From the NCBI GenBank assembly GCA_951406725.2, contig OX597814.1, positions 68,758,001 to 68,822,000 on the forward strand: a DNA stretch of 64,000 nucleotides, given 5' to 3'. Shown one piece after another: positions 38,570-52,112 of this stretch. The position numbers and the translations under genes are program-made. Numbering within the stretch: the stretch's first letter is position 1; each line of letters opens with the position of its first letter. Below the pieces are notes generated by a model. It was not told the DNA's origin. It was given only the letters and a program-made list of their open reading frames with translations, and ran no database searches. Source of the stretch: Octopus vulgaris (Eukaryota).

Positions 38570-41496
38570 TAAACTTGTTGATGCTAAGAGCAAGATATTA
38601 TCAAGATGATTATCAGTTAAACTTGTTCTTAAATTGTTCTTAGTTTGCTTCACTTTGGAAAATAATTGCTCACGCTGATAAGTGCTTCCAAACAAAGATG
38701 CCAACCTTTTTTGCATGATTCACTAACTTGGTATACTTCCCACTTGGAAAAATATATTTTGCATAGAAGTCAATCAATGAAACATCTTTAGAATGAAATT
38801 TAGTTCTCAATAAGTCGTCACAATGCATATGAATCAATTCCATTTGAAAACATTCTGATACTGTCTCCACCTCCACATCAAGTGGTGTAGCAAACAATTT
38901 AAAGTCAGCAAAACGTGATGCAAATTCATTTCTCAAATCCTGGATTATATTCACAAATACTTCTGAATCCTGTGGTTTCCTTCCTAGAAGTGATGGAAAA
39001 TGCGCATAATTTTTATTTCAAAGTTGATGTTCCCACAACTGTAGCTTTTTTTCAAAGGCAACAATATAGTTATACATTTCATTTACAAGCTGAGTTTTAC
39101 TTTGAAGTTGTAAATTTAAGTTATTTAAATGAGTCACAATATCCACAATAAATGCTACAGTTGCAAACCAATTAGGATTTCGAAAATGTGAACTATCCAC
39201 ACGTTTGCTTTCAAGAAATATCGCCAACTCTTTGTGTGAGGCAAGTACTCTTTTTAACATTGATCCTCGGCTAAGCCAGCGTACATCGTAGAAATAAGCA
39301 AGGTCACCATATTCTGCCTTAGTCTAGCAAAAACTGTTTAAATTGAGGATAATTTAATCCATGAGATAGGATCAGATTCATGGCCTTCACAACAATATCC
39401 ATAACATTCTTAAATCTCAAAGACTTGGCATACAATGTCTCTTGATGGATAATGCAATGAATTTTAACAGGTTTGTGTGATTCCAAGGCTTCCTACATGT
39501 TCTTGCAGTAGTGCAACAAAGCCTTTTTTTCATTTTTTGTCCTACTATTACTAGAACACCATCAGTTGTGATGCCAATTAGCTTCGAAAAATCAAACTTC
39601 ATTTCTGATATCATTTCCAACAAAGCTTCAATGATGTCTGCTCCGGTTACGGTTCGCTTCACATGAATTAACTGAATAAAGATCTGAAAAGTTGAAGTCA
39701 TTCCTCGCACAAAGACAGCAAGTTGTGCAGTGTCACTTAAGTCTGTATTCTTATCGACTGCAATTGAAAAATATTGTAATTCACTTCAGGCGTTGATTAA
39801 TTGATTTTTAATATGTACTGACATTTCTTCAACCGCCGTCTGACCGTCCTCGGAGACAGGCTGACAGTTTCAAATAAAAAAATTTTTCTGAACAAACAAT
39901 ATCCAACACGGCCAATAAGTAGTCTTTAAAAAATTACCATCTGTAAAAGGTTTCATCTCTTGAGCGATGCGTTTTGAGACTTCACAGCTGGCAATTGTAT
40001 TTGCCACATTTTCGCCTTTTCTGTTTTTAAAAAATGACGTTCGTTTTCCAAAACTAGACTTCAACTGCTCAATTTCATCTTTCCTTGCTTGTCCAGCAAA
40101 TGTCCTAAAATTTTCACAATGATGCGTCTCGTAATGCCGCATAGTACTTGCTATCTTATTCACAGCAATGCTTTCTATATTTATGAGACAAATCGGGTTC
40201 GCACTGTGCTCAATGAAGAAGTAATCATTAGTCATTAGTCCAAGTTCCTTGGAAAATTCAGCAATCAGCATCTACCTTTCTTCGTTTTGCATTCATGGTC
40301 ATCGAAAATTTTTCCTACGAATAAAATTGGAATTTAAAATTTTACATCTGAATAATTCTATTTTTCTAATGACAGTCCTTTTATTGTATTCGAAAGCCTC
40401 GTCTCTCAAATTACAATTGTAATAATACCAGCTGGTTATGGCTAATAACTTGTATAATGGTGAGGATGATTGTTTGTTTGTTTGTTGAGCGAAGCGGTCT
40501 TCGTCCCGTCTGTAGTGGGAGAAGTACGAAACGTGGTCCTTTGCTATTCATAAGACCCGCAGAAGGGAAAGTGGGTCAACCCCCGACACAGAGAGCATGG
40601 ACGGATGGATGAATGCGCATCCAGGCTCAGCGGTTGCGTAAGAAGTCGGGGACAAGAAACAGGAAGAAAGAGTGAGAGAAAGTTGTGGCGAAAGAGTACA
40701 ACAGGATCACCACAACCCCCTGCCGGAGCCTCGTGGAGCTTTAGGTGTTTTCGCTCAATAAACACACACAACGCCCGGTCTGGGTATTGAAACCACGATC
40801 CTCCGACCGCGAGTCCGCTGCCCTCGCGCCTCCACGGTGAGGATGATGAAGACAAAGGCGGAAATAGGTATGGTGGCAAGGACAAGAAGAAACAAATGAG
40901 ATTCTAAACGATGACAATAAAAATATTATTTGAAAAATACAATCATGAGATAAATGAGTAAAAGTCTCTTGTTGGAGAAGAGATGTGTAATATAACAGAA
41001 CTGAATGAAGAATTCGAGTTCGAAAAAATGAGTGAAAATGGGTGGCGGGAGTAAGCTGTTGGTTTCACGAATTAGAGATGGGACGTCGCCGTTGACAGAG
41101 TGAAGGCAGTACGCCGACTGAGACAATTGTCCCTTTGAGACAGTCTCTTTTTGTCCGTTGCCAAGCTCAAGTCGGCTCTCAGTTTTTTTGTTTTAATTTT
41201 TACGCAGGAGGGGTGGTGATTCGATAGAAATGTTTCGGAATTGCATTGTTATTATTATTATTGTTTTTATTTTTGTATTCTGTGAGCGGAAATGATGCGC
41301 GGAGCTCTGCGTACCCGACGAATTTTTTATTGGGTTTTTGCTGTCAAAGCGTTCACATCCGGTTGGTGATAGATGTATTCGAAAGCCTTGTCTCTCATAT
41401 TACAATAGATTTAAATTTTAAATAAACAACTCATTGGGCATCAGTTCTCACGGGCCGGTTAAAATCCCTTCGCGGGCCACAGATTGCTGACCCTTG
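38570..41496 (-). mobile_element. Decayed hAT transposon (SPIN/GTF2IRD2-like transposase), only one terminus retained
   Basis: Terminus CAAGGGTCAGCAATCTGTGGCCCGCG at 41496; transposase remnants PICLI..RHYETHH, KPFTDGNFLK, DTAQLAVFVRG, ITTDG, HCIIHQ, VRWLSRG, LNNLNLQLQ. Confidence 0.85.
40585..40825 (-). mobile_element. tRNA-derived SINE nested in the hAT 5' region
   Basis: Minus strand AGGGCAGCGGACTCGCGGTCGGAGGATCGTGGTTTCAATACCCAGACCGGGCG: tRNA-like anticodon arm and B-box; GC-rich relative to the flanks. Confidence 0.65.
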
Positions 41497-43768
41497 TCCT
41501 ACGTGATATGATGTCATTTTGCGAAATGCGTTTTCGAAAACTTATTTTAAATCTTATATTATATATTGTTAGTTCTTTTACGTTTGTTTCCTGGTGTAAG
41601 CTTGGCCTTCTTATTGAATGCGTTCCATTTTTCTGTCTACTTCACTTTTTACGAGTTGACCTTTTATATTGATGTTACTATTTGATTAATTGTGGAAGTC
41701 AGTGGAAAGAACTACATTTGTAATCATCTAAATTAATTCCCATTGAATTAATTTAGATGATTTCAGATTATTCTTTCTGTTTTTCTCAATAACTTTTGAC
41801 TGCTTTTCACATCTTACATCTAGCGAAGAGTTAAGAAAATTTAACACACGCTTGAAATCATTGGTTTCAACATAGATGTATTTGTAACTATTTACAGGCC
41901 AGTCAACTCTGTTATTAAGGCTTTATCACACAGGGAGGGAGCTACAAACCAAAATATTTTTCATAATATATACAACTCCTTCAGTGATATATATCAGAAA
42001 ACGTAGGAGAAGATAGTTACATATATCCGATATGACTTTTCAGCGAAATGTGCTTAAAATATGCTACCTTCCTATTTTAAAAATATGTTCCATAAAAATC
42101 TATAAATTAAATATTAAAACAAGAATAAATATTTTTAAATTTATAACCTCTCCGGCTTTCCTATAATACTGCATAATGTTTAATATATTTGGTAGCCTAA
42201 TACTAATAAATCACCATAGCCCTTTGGGGTTTTTTTGTGGGTGTGGGGTATGAGACAGTGATCGAGAACTTAGATTCTTAGTTTGAAGTTAATTCTAAGT
42301 TCGAAGCGTCTGTCAAAGTTATAACTTAGATTTTCTCCTCTGAACTCAGTTTTCTCAAAGTCTAAAATCCAAACACATTTTGGAAAATATTTACAATAAA
42401 GTTAATCGCTTGACTTTGCCAAATATACACCTCGACGGTATCGATGTGGTTTCTTATAGAACTCATGCTGATACAACAAGAGCCCCCCATGGGCTTCTCA
42501 TTACCTACCCAGATTGGCTCCTGACGTCTTGTGCACTACTAAATTACCGACAATTCATTCACAAGTATATATTTTTACCTATTTAATCCTTTAACTATTA
42601 GACACTAACTGCTCAACGTCTAGCTACAAATATGTTCCAGACGTATGCAAAAAGGACTATTCTTTAAACCTACAAATAAACGAAAACCAATAGTTGTATT
42701 ATCACGTCACGAACCTAATGTAACACATCTTTCTTTGCTGCTGGAACAATGACACCTATGTCAAGACCAGTATTCAGCAACTTCCTCTTCTAAAGATATT
42801 ATACGAGTCCTTTGATTCTCATTACGTCGTTGATTCTCATTACGTCTTTTAAAAATACTTATAGAAATAATTGCAAAACTCAGGAGTGTTGATTTACTGT
42901 ATTTGTTATTGCTGGTGTTACATGGCAATCGTGACGACGGCATCTAGCAATGATTTTTTTTTAAGACATTGTGTATCTGAAACTACATTATCCTTTCTAG
43001 GACATTAAGGAAGGTTCGATGGAGAAAACGCTTAGTGGCATTTCCTCCGGCTCTTTATGTTCTGAGTTCAAATTCCGCCTTTCCTACTTTCGGGATCGAT
43101 AACATAAGTACCAGTTGAGTACTAGGTTGATGTAATTGACTAACAGTTTCCTTTTAAAAAGTGATAGCCTTTTGCCAAAATTAGAATAAAATTATTAAGA
43201 TGTCAAAGAATATTTAGTAGATATTTCAAGGAGATAGAGCCTTTGTACAGGCGCCTTCTTCTAAGATTTGTAAGTAGTATGGTGGCTGAGTGTAGTTATC
43301 TGATGTGGAGACCGGTTTCTGTGGATTATTGATATCACTTGTGAGTTTTGATGAATATGTGTATTTAATTTAATATTCAGTTTACTTATTTACTTATATA
43401 CTATGTTATAGCAAGAAGGAAAAATAAGCATCTTTAAAGATGCTATATGTTTCATATTGATGAGATTGAAAGCAAAGCTAACTGCAGATAACGCTGAGCA
43501 TCAAATCCCCCTCACAGACAAGGTTCTACAATTCAAACAATAAAATAAAATGAAATGAACTCTCATGTGTATAATCAATTTAACTGAAATGGTAAACTAT
43601 GCTGTTAACATACTGTATATAGCTTAATTTTGAATTCACGAACTGATCTGGAACTCCCGATTGCTTTAAAACATTTATTCAGATTACTATTGCTCAGTAG
43701 TAGCAGGAAATAACCTAAAATTCTTATATTTTTTAATGTTTGATTCAAAGTTAAAATTTCCTTTTTAG

Positions 43769-43869
43769 GTCGTCAAAATGTTGCTGGTTGTCGTATGTCT
43801 TTTCGTTATTTGCTGGATGCCTCTGCAAACATACAACTTGTTATCTGAAATATGGAGACCAATTAACGA
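43769..43869 (+). CDS. Internal exon of a class A neuropeptide GPCR (TM6-ECL3), leucokinin/lymnokinin receptor-like
   Basis: tttcctttttAG | VVKMLLVVVCLFVICWMPLQTYNLLSEIWRPIN(D/E) | GTAAGT; CWxP motif; KML..VV.LF..CW.PLQ.YN....P.IN pattern as recalled for kinin receptors; phase 0 to phase 2. Confidence 0.88.
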
Positions 43870-45520
43870 GTAAGTAATATTTTAATTGTAAGAAATTTTG
43901 TTTTGCGTTGTATACCAAGCGTTAAGATTTAAATCGATGAGCAAGGTTCAAATCCCAATAGATGCAATGTTTCACTTAACGCTACACTCTTCAAATAGAA
44001 CTACCGTTGTCTTTTGTTGAAATATATATCAGCATATAATTAGATACTCATTATCTTAAAATACGCTTGTAGGTGAGCAAGTTCGCTGTCTTAGTCCGAG
44101 GTACGGGAGTCGATCCCACTACAACAATCCCGCTGTTTGTATATGAATAGAAAAAATGCTCCTAGTGTCGAAATAAATCCTTTGCGATATTTTTTGAGTT
44201 ATTTCCATTCCGAGTTCATATCTTGATATGACTTTGCCTTTCATCCTTCAACAATCGATAAAATAAAGTACCAGCCAAGTAATAGAGGTCAATGTAATCG
44301 ACAAAACGCTGTATTTCAGGCCTTGTTCATAAATCAGAAATCACTATTTTAAATAAGTTTATTTAAGGAACTGATTGAGAGAGAGTTTTGGCTACCATTT
44401 TCAACAGATTGAGCTGAATTTCACTACCAAATTCTCATAAGTACAATGGTAAGAGTATTTGGTGCTAAGAAAAATGGCATAGACACAAGACAACTTTCTA
44501 ATTCTTTCTAATTTTTGCACAAAACAGAAATTTTAGTGGCAATGAAGTTGTCGATTATATAGACACGAATGCTCAACTGGAACTGAATTTATCGACCCCC
44601 AAAAGCATGAGGTTTGACCTCGGCGGAATTTGAACTCAGAACGTGAGGAGGCAGAGGAAATGCCGTCCAGCATTTTCTCCGACGTGCTAACAATTCTGAT
44701 TTCTTTAATTAGGTACAAGGCCTCAATAGAGAAAGGGCAAAACAAAAACAGACAAAACAATACATTGGGGTACATAGAACACATATTGGATGAATTATGA
44801 TATAAGAAAAAGGAGAATGAAATGGCTTACCTACCTCCCAAAGCAGGTAGTTCCATTTTACTGTTTATGTATCACATATTAACATTACAGTTGATTATTC
44901 TTATTTTCATCGTTTTTTTGTTTTAAAAGTTATTATTTTGAAATATTAAATATTTCACTTACTTTCATAGTAAATATTGCATTATAGTTTCAAATGTCAC
45001 CACTGGTATCATCTCGTCGTATCGAACGTGTAATGGCGATATTTCAATTTTTTCACTAAACAGTTCCTTTAACTTTTCACATCTGTCTCTCTCAAGCAAG
45101 ACCGGCCTGTCGTCCTCGGTAGAGTCCCTCCCTGATACCTTGACTCTAATTACGTTTTTCATTTTTGTAATCTTTCTCTCGATCTCTACACTCATTTTAT
45201 AGTTTATCATCGTTCGAATGTGTTTTCCTTTTGGTACCCACCCCCGTTTTCCGTTGTTATTCTCTCCTGATGTTCCTGGTATTAGTGTCTCGTCCTTCTC
45301 TGTATCTCTCTTTGTTGTTGCTATCTCTCTTCTTTTCCCTTCTGCGCACTTCTTTACTCCTCCGTAATTTTCAGTTTGGTATCTCTGGTCTTTTGCATTG
45401 ATTCTCCTCTATATTGTCTTTTCTCTTTTTCTGTGAACCTTTGGGTGGGGAATTAATGTTTCCTTCTCTTTTCTTCTTTCTTTTTCCAACTGTATACTTT
45501 TCTCCTATATTTTCTTCATT

Positions 45521-45880
45521 GGATCTTCTCCCTTTTAACAGCAGATCGAGAAATTAATTTTTTGTAACTAAACACTTTCAAACTTCGGACACTAGTAGAA
45601 TGTGTCATATAAAACATCTTTTCCTCTTAGTGTTGTTGAGAAGAGTTTATATTTTCAAAGTTATTTCGGGTTAAAGTTGTCGTATTTTTGGTAAATTCAA
45701 CCAATCAATGACGTGTATTCAGCTGAATAGAATTACTACAGTTGTTTGTCAACAACTATGGGCGGTGTATATTTCGTTTGTTACTGTCATTTATGCAATC
45801 GTTCTTGCGTTTAGCTTTAGGGTGTTAGGGTTAGGGCTTTAGGATTAGGGTTAGGGTTAGGGATTTAGGGTTAGAGTTAC
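45521..45880. mobile_element. Partial non-autonomous DNA element containing degenerate TTAGGG repeats (45817-45876)
   Basis: Begins GGATCTTCTC.., like the TIR at 11651; internal TTTAGGG/TTAGGG units. Confidence 0.4.
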
Positions 45881-46534
45881 GGAAAAAGGGGAAAATGAAG
45901 AAATTTGAGGGGGTAAGGGGGTAAAAATGTCAAAATTCCGGTTTTTGGCAATTCTCCGGACTCTCCGTATCCGAAAAGCTGGGTTTTTGGCAAAAAAAAT
46001 TCTAAAATACAATAATTTGCGACAAAATGGGGGTGGGGACGGGGGGAAGTCTTTCCAAAAATAGTAGCTGAAAAACAGGAAAAAGACCTAAAAGCAGTAG
46101 AAATGCACGAACGATTATGGTGGTGTCTTGAAGTAAACGTTCTTCAGATACACTCGTTTATTCATCCGAACGTAACTGAGATGAAATATGTCATAAATAA
46201 CAGGGACAAACGAAATATACACCGCCGGAAGTTGTTGTTGAGAAACAACAGCAGTAAAATTTTATCTTGTAATTTAATTTCTGTAACCTGCAGTCCCTCC
46301 GCTGACAGGCTTTTGCCAGTCACCGCAGCGTAACTGCCCGTTTGCGCTGGTATGCTTTCCATATTATCCACTATTTCACCCATAAATGGAGAAGAAAATT
46401 TAAAAAACGGTAACAACAATCCAACAATTCAATAAGAAACAGTTAAACAAAAACAGTTCTCACAAGGAGCGTATACACTTCCAAACAAAACACCAACGAC
46501 AGCGTGCTAACAATTCTGTCAGGTCGCCGTCTTA

Positions 46535-46737
46535 ATAATCCTTTCTACTATAAGCACTAGACCTGAACTTTGTGGGGAATAGGTTAGTCGATTATATTGA
46601 CCTTGTGCTCGACTGGTACTTATTTTATCAAAAGGCAAATCGACCTCGGTGGAATTAGAACTCAGAAAGTAAAGTACTGGTGAAATGCCACTAAGCTTTT
46701 CGTCCGGCCTGCTAATGATTCTGCCAACTCGCCCCTC

Positions 46738-46815
<78 letters not shown>

Positions 46816-47031
46816 CCTTCTGACTGTAGGCACAAGGCCTGGAATTTGGGTGAAGGAGTAAGTCGATTACATCAACCCCAGAGCTCAACTGGTACTTATT
46901 TTATCGGTCCCGAAAAGGTGAAAAGCAACGATGACCTTGGCGGCATTTGAACTCCGAACGTGAGGGCAGACGAAATACCGCTAAACATCATACCCTGCGT
47001 CCTAACGTATCTGCCAGCTCACTGCTTTAAC

Positions 47032-47079
<48 letters not shown>

Positions 47080-48020
47080 TGTTTTGTCTTGGTATAAAAG
47101 ATGGGCTACAGCAAACATTCTGCTCAATACCACAGATTTACTTGTCAGTTGTTTGACCTTAACCAGTTGAGCATGTCCCTTAGTGGCTGACGATATGTGC
47201 ATCTCTGATCACGAGCAGAAGTAGTGGGGGAGCATCATAGCCATGTGCTGAGAGGGATTCTTTGGGGTTTGAATAATTCACCTCTGGAAACATGGGTGGT
47301 TCTTTCAACATCCTTAAACAACCATTATTCAGGGACCTTTTGAGCGGGATGGGCTACTCCACCTGAAGAAATTTCTAACTGGGCTCCACCTGCAAGGTCA
47401 TGTGCTGTTTATCTTGATATGAGATCACCATGTCACGCACATATGGTTGTGATGCATGTGCCTGGTGTACCCTTATCAGACGGGTAGTCATGATGGGTAT
47501 ATTGGGCTTCGTATATTTTACCCCAGTGTCACTTTGATGGCATGAACTGCTCTCTCACTCAATAATAATAATAATTCTTTCTACTAGAGGCACAAGGCCT
47601 GAAATTTGGGAGGCGGGGACTAGTCGATTACATCAACTCCAGTTTTTCATTGGTTCTAAATTTATCGACCTCGAAAGGATGAAAGGCAAAGTCGACTTCG
47701 GTGGAATTTGAACTCAGAACGTAGCGACAGACGAAATACGACTAAGCATTTCGCCCATCCTGCTAACGAGTCTGCCAGCTCGCCGCCTTTATAATAATAA
47801 TAATAATAAGAAGAAGAAGAAGAAGAAGAAGAATCCTTTCTACTATAGATACAAGGCCTGAAATTTGGTGGGAGAGGAAAGATCGATTATTCGACCCAGT
47901 ATTTCACTGGTACTTAATTTATCGACCACGAAAGAATGAAAGGCAAAGTCGACCTCAGAACGTGGCGACAGGTGAAATATTTCGTTCGGCGTGTTATTGA
48001 TTCTGCCAGCTCGCTACCTT
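46535..48020 (-). mobile_element. Cluster of four co-oriented SINE copies separated by (TAA)n/(GAA)n, with a nested + strand (TAA)-tailed element at 47078-47562
   Basis: Repeated unit ATCCTTTCTACTA..GGCACAAGGCCTG...GTCGATTA...CTGCCAGCTC at ~46535-46737, 46813-47030, 47574-47790 and 47832-48020. Confidence 0.85.
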
Positions 48021-48049
48021 TATAATGATAATAATAATATTTCTAATGA

Positions 48050-48900
48050 AACTTGAAAAAGTTCATGAATTATATACCAAGGATGACCCCTCTCATTTCT
48101 TTTGTATATATTGACTCTTGAGCCATTACTACTCAAATTGGAGGCATTTAGGGCCGTCCCGCGAAAATTAGGATGTTGGAAATCCGTGTTAGGATATGTC
48201 GACGACGTCACCTTATTGGTAAGATATTATCACCGCTCCAATGAACTCGAGGTGGTGACAGAAGGAAAAGTAGGTGGCCCTGCAGCCCAGGACCTGGAGA
48301 GGCAGGACCAAGCCGTCAAACAGCGTCGTCGGGCGCTGGACGGACGAATCGATTACATTGCTCGGGGTCTGGTTTGGTCTGGACCACCAGATGGACAAAA
48401 ACTGGGATGAGGTAACGAGCAGGATGGCCTCTCTCATCCAGAAATGGGCTGAGGGAAAGCTATCCTTGAAAGGTTGGACAGAGACCGTCGTGCCTTGTCC
48501 TCATCCACATCTCAACCCCTACTCTATCGCTTTTTGTGGAAGGGACAGGTTCCACTGATCAGAAGGTTCATTTGCTGTCAACACCCGCTGCGTGGAGGAC
48601 GGGTATGCTGTGACTGATGACGTACAAACATGCGCTCAGACTACATTTCCAACTCTTCCTTGGAGGTGAACAGATGTGGTCGCCGTTCGCTAAACACGTT
48701 TTTCTCCAGTTCGTCTTCATTACGGGACTGCAGTGCTGGATCAAGCGAAGACTGAGAGGAAGTTCTTGGAGACTAGAATGTCTTCAAATGCTCACTGTTC
48801 TCAGCCAATTTGGCTTTCTATAGCGGGTTAATTGAGGATAAAAGCGACGATGTTCTTCAGGAGACTCCCGTACAATGGAATACGTCTGCTCCAGTTGTTC
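48050..48900 (+). mobile_element. Decayed L1/Tx1-like LINE RT fragment
   Basis: QG*PLSFLLYILTLEPLLLKL...GYVDDVT; ITLLGVWFG..NWDEV...W...KLSLKG. Confidence 0.75.
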
Positions 48901-49097
48901 GAAGTTCAGGGTCGCAAACTCCCATGCTTGGCAAAACTTCGCATAATGACATATTCTTTGCTTTTTCGCAAGCATCTCTTATTACAAGCGTTCTTTTAAT
49001 TCCGATTAATTCACTTTTGTTGTGTTCGAATCGGTTACTCGCATGGTTTCACCGGCAATCGAGCAGAATGCTTTGCGGTATTTAGTTACATCCCTTC

Positions 49098-49138
<41 letters not shown>

Positions 49139-51443
49139 ATTTGGCCACAGTACTTAACTGGTGTCTTTCTTATCCTTTGAAACCCATAAATCTTTTAATC
49201 TAGAAACAAAAGAGAAGTGTTAAATAATACCTGGCATTTGGCCTACCACTCTATCGATTTTAGCAATCCACCTCCTGTTAAAATGTAATAATGATAATAG
49301 AAAACAGTATTATTGTTGTTTTTGCTGTTGCCATTTATCATCTTCATCATTTTCGTCTTAGGTATCATCAATATTTCCGTTGCTATACTTATCAACAGAT
49401 GAATTTCTTGAAATATCAGTAGAGATGATTTAAATAATTAAATAAATGTGTTTGTATGTTGGTGAAAGTAATGATCTCTTGACCTGGTATCTCTCATAAA
49501 AGTCTAATAAAGACTAGGTAATCTCAGCAAACTGACATCAGAGAACATCTTTGAAATAGTAACAGATGTGTGTGTGTTAACGAAGGCAGTTTTTCATTCT
49601 CAGGAACTGCCAATATATATTCAATTACGAAGCCTCTACTACTTGGGTGTCCACTTCTAATCGAGTTGCATTTCCCCGATAATTTTACAAGAAAATTAAT
49701 CAACACATTCACACACTGATGTGTGTGTATGTGTTCATATGTTCATATAAACATGTATGCGTGCGAGAGAGTGAAAGTTTTATGGGAGGAGACAGACAGA
49801 CAGACAAACATTTTTATCTGCACTCTTCAAATTATGTGTTATCAAGTTGATAAAATGCCAGACAATTCTGGAGGTTGAGTCAGTTTATTCGCCAACTGCA
49901 ATGACTTTTCTTAAAACAAATTGACACCGCATGCTACTAACAGAGAAAGAAGCAGAACCATTGTAAAACATTTTCGTTTCCTCATCTTACATTATGGAGT
50001 TTAACTCTTCCGGGATTTTAGGTGGGCTAGAAAAACTGACTAATCCTTCAATGCATTTGCTACATGAAATATTAATATCACAATAGCAATAGAAACAATA
50101 TGAATGAGTGCAAAGACCCAAAATACTGGGTCTTTGCACTCATTCATAAAATTCAGTTTCAAATATGATGATGTTCTGTGTAAAACAATTACTACAGGTG
50201 ATGTACTAAATCAGATGCTTTTGACTATTTCATGAATTATTATTTTAAGACTATATGAAAGAAATTATTGAGCAGTTCTAGAAGTACTGATGTGGAGTAA
50301 CGATAGATGATTTTATAGGTTAAGATGTTCACTTCAAAATAACGAGGTTTCGGTGAACCTTCTACTCTGGCCACAATAGACCAACTTTGTCAAATACAAT
50401 GTCACAATGGGTCTACCTAAATAATACATTACGGTTACAAGTTGACTGACATTCGTCGAAACCTGCAAGAGACATAAATATATATGCCAATGAAGCGAAA
50501 CTTGTATTGATTATTTCAGATATATATTATTTTTCTGTGCTGGTTCAAATTTCCAATCTATGGATGTTGTAGAATCTATATCAATATGATACTATACATT
50601 TGTTAGAACAATAGTACCAATGAGTTCATACATTCCTCGATGAGCTCAGCATCGATGAGCTTCAGACAAAGGTTTGTCTGAAGGATGAAAGTGGACCTTA
50701 CTATCGTCAACGCAGCTAATTCCCAATTCAGTCCAAAGAAAAACATAAGCAAAAATTAAAAGTGAGGGAACCTATCAATCAAGTTACTTTATTGCGATAA
50801 ATCCAATTGCTTTGAATGAGATTTGGGGCTCACAAAATATATTGATAAATGCAAATGCTGTTGTTTTAATCTTCAGTACAATTTTTGCATCCAAATCCTG
50901 AGCTTACGCTATACACGCTGCTTTACATCAATTCTTCAAATTTACACTGCTACAAATATCATTATAAGGACAGATTTGAAACTGTCAATAATAAATGGAG
51001 TGATTGGTTCCATTTCACTTGAAGTGATGACATATTCAAACAATAAGTGTCAAAACTATTCACAATTGATTTTCTCTAGATTTTATTTGTGCGAAATTTG
51101 TGACTAGTTTCTTATTTAATTATATAAGTTTGTGCGGTGAGTCGGATACGAGTGAATTAATATAGTCTCAGATTACTAGTCAAAAAATTAATAGGTTGTA
51201 TTCTTTCATTGCAGCTCTGGAATGTCCAAGGCCAAGACATAACTTTCACTAGTTCGTTACAATACGTTTCGAAGTTTAAATACTGCTTATGCATGTAAGC
51301 AACGGGAGCAACATATAGTTAATGAATACTTACTCGTGAGTATTATATATGTAGAGAGCGGGGCAGAAGCGTGACAGACAAAGAGACAGACAGACAAAAA
51401 GACCGACAGACAGACACACATACATACAAATAGAAAGTTAGAT

Positions 51444-51444
51444 A

Positions 51445-51489
<45 letters not shown>

Positions 51490-51505
51490 GTTGGTTTATT
51501 GGTTG

Positions 51506-51539
<34 letters not shown>

Positions 51540-51558
51540 GATTGATTGATTGACTGAT
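51444..51558. repeat. (GATT)n microsatellite
   Basis: Direct inspection. Confidence 0.9.
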
Positions 51559-52112
51559 TTCTCTTTGCCTCTTCCGTACACTTCGCATTAAGACAATTAG
51601 AATGAAAAACTAGTGCTATTTTTCAGAGCGTATGAAATGGGAAGCTGGAAATAAATTCAAACGATATTTCCTAGTATGCTGTACCGTTAGTATTCGAAGA
51701 TATAACTACTGTTTCAGGAACGAAAGAACTTATATATAGCGTGATATATATATTTATCTTTTACTATACCGCAAGTTTGCAATTGTTAGTACGTAACGTT
51801 TAGCGACTTTTTTTTATAATTATAGTAGTCAATATACTTCTTTTAAGGCAAAAATAACAGCGTTCAGTCTTTCATATGGACTTTCTTTTCTTCAATTACC
51901 ACATATTTTTCCTCATTATTACACCTATTATACTGATAATTATGACATTGGTTACTAAATGTGTGTATGTGTTTGTGTACGCACGCTCACTGGTAATATA
52001 TTCATATATATACAATATCCTCATATATATATATGAGGATATTATTGGTTATGATAATATCAGTAGCTTAGCATATGGAAAAAAACCCATAGCGATAAAA
52101 ATTTATCAATTA

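Noticed and set aside
41722-41762. Short AT-rich hairpin (and CTTCAGACAAA/TTTGTCTGAAG at ~50660-50683)
   Set aside because: Short enough to arise by chance or local slippage in AT-rich DNA; no supporting context.
45817-45876. TTAGGG repeats as an interstitial telomere or fusion site
   Set aside because: Only a few degenerate units on one strand, embedded in an apparent interspersed repeat; no head-to-head arrangement.
46500-48040. Regularly spaced repeats resembling a CRISPR array
   Set aside because: Units are ~200-bp SINEs separated by microsatellites in eukaryotic DNA; no cas genes.
50510-50570. Possible next GPCR exon after TTATTTCAG
   Set aside because: The translation shows no TM7/NPxxY-like sequence in the required phase.
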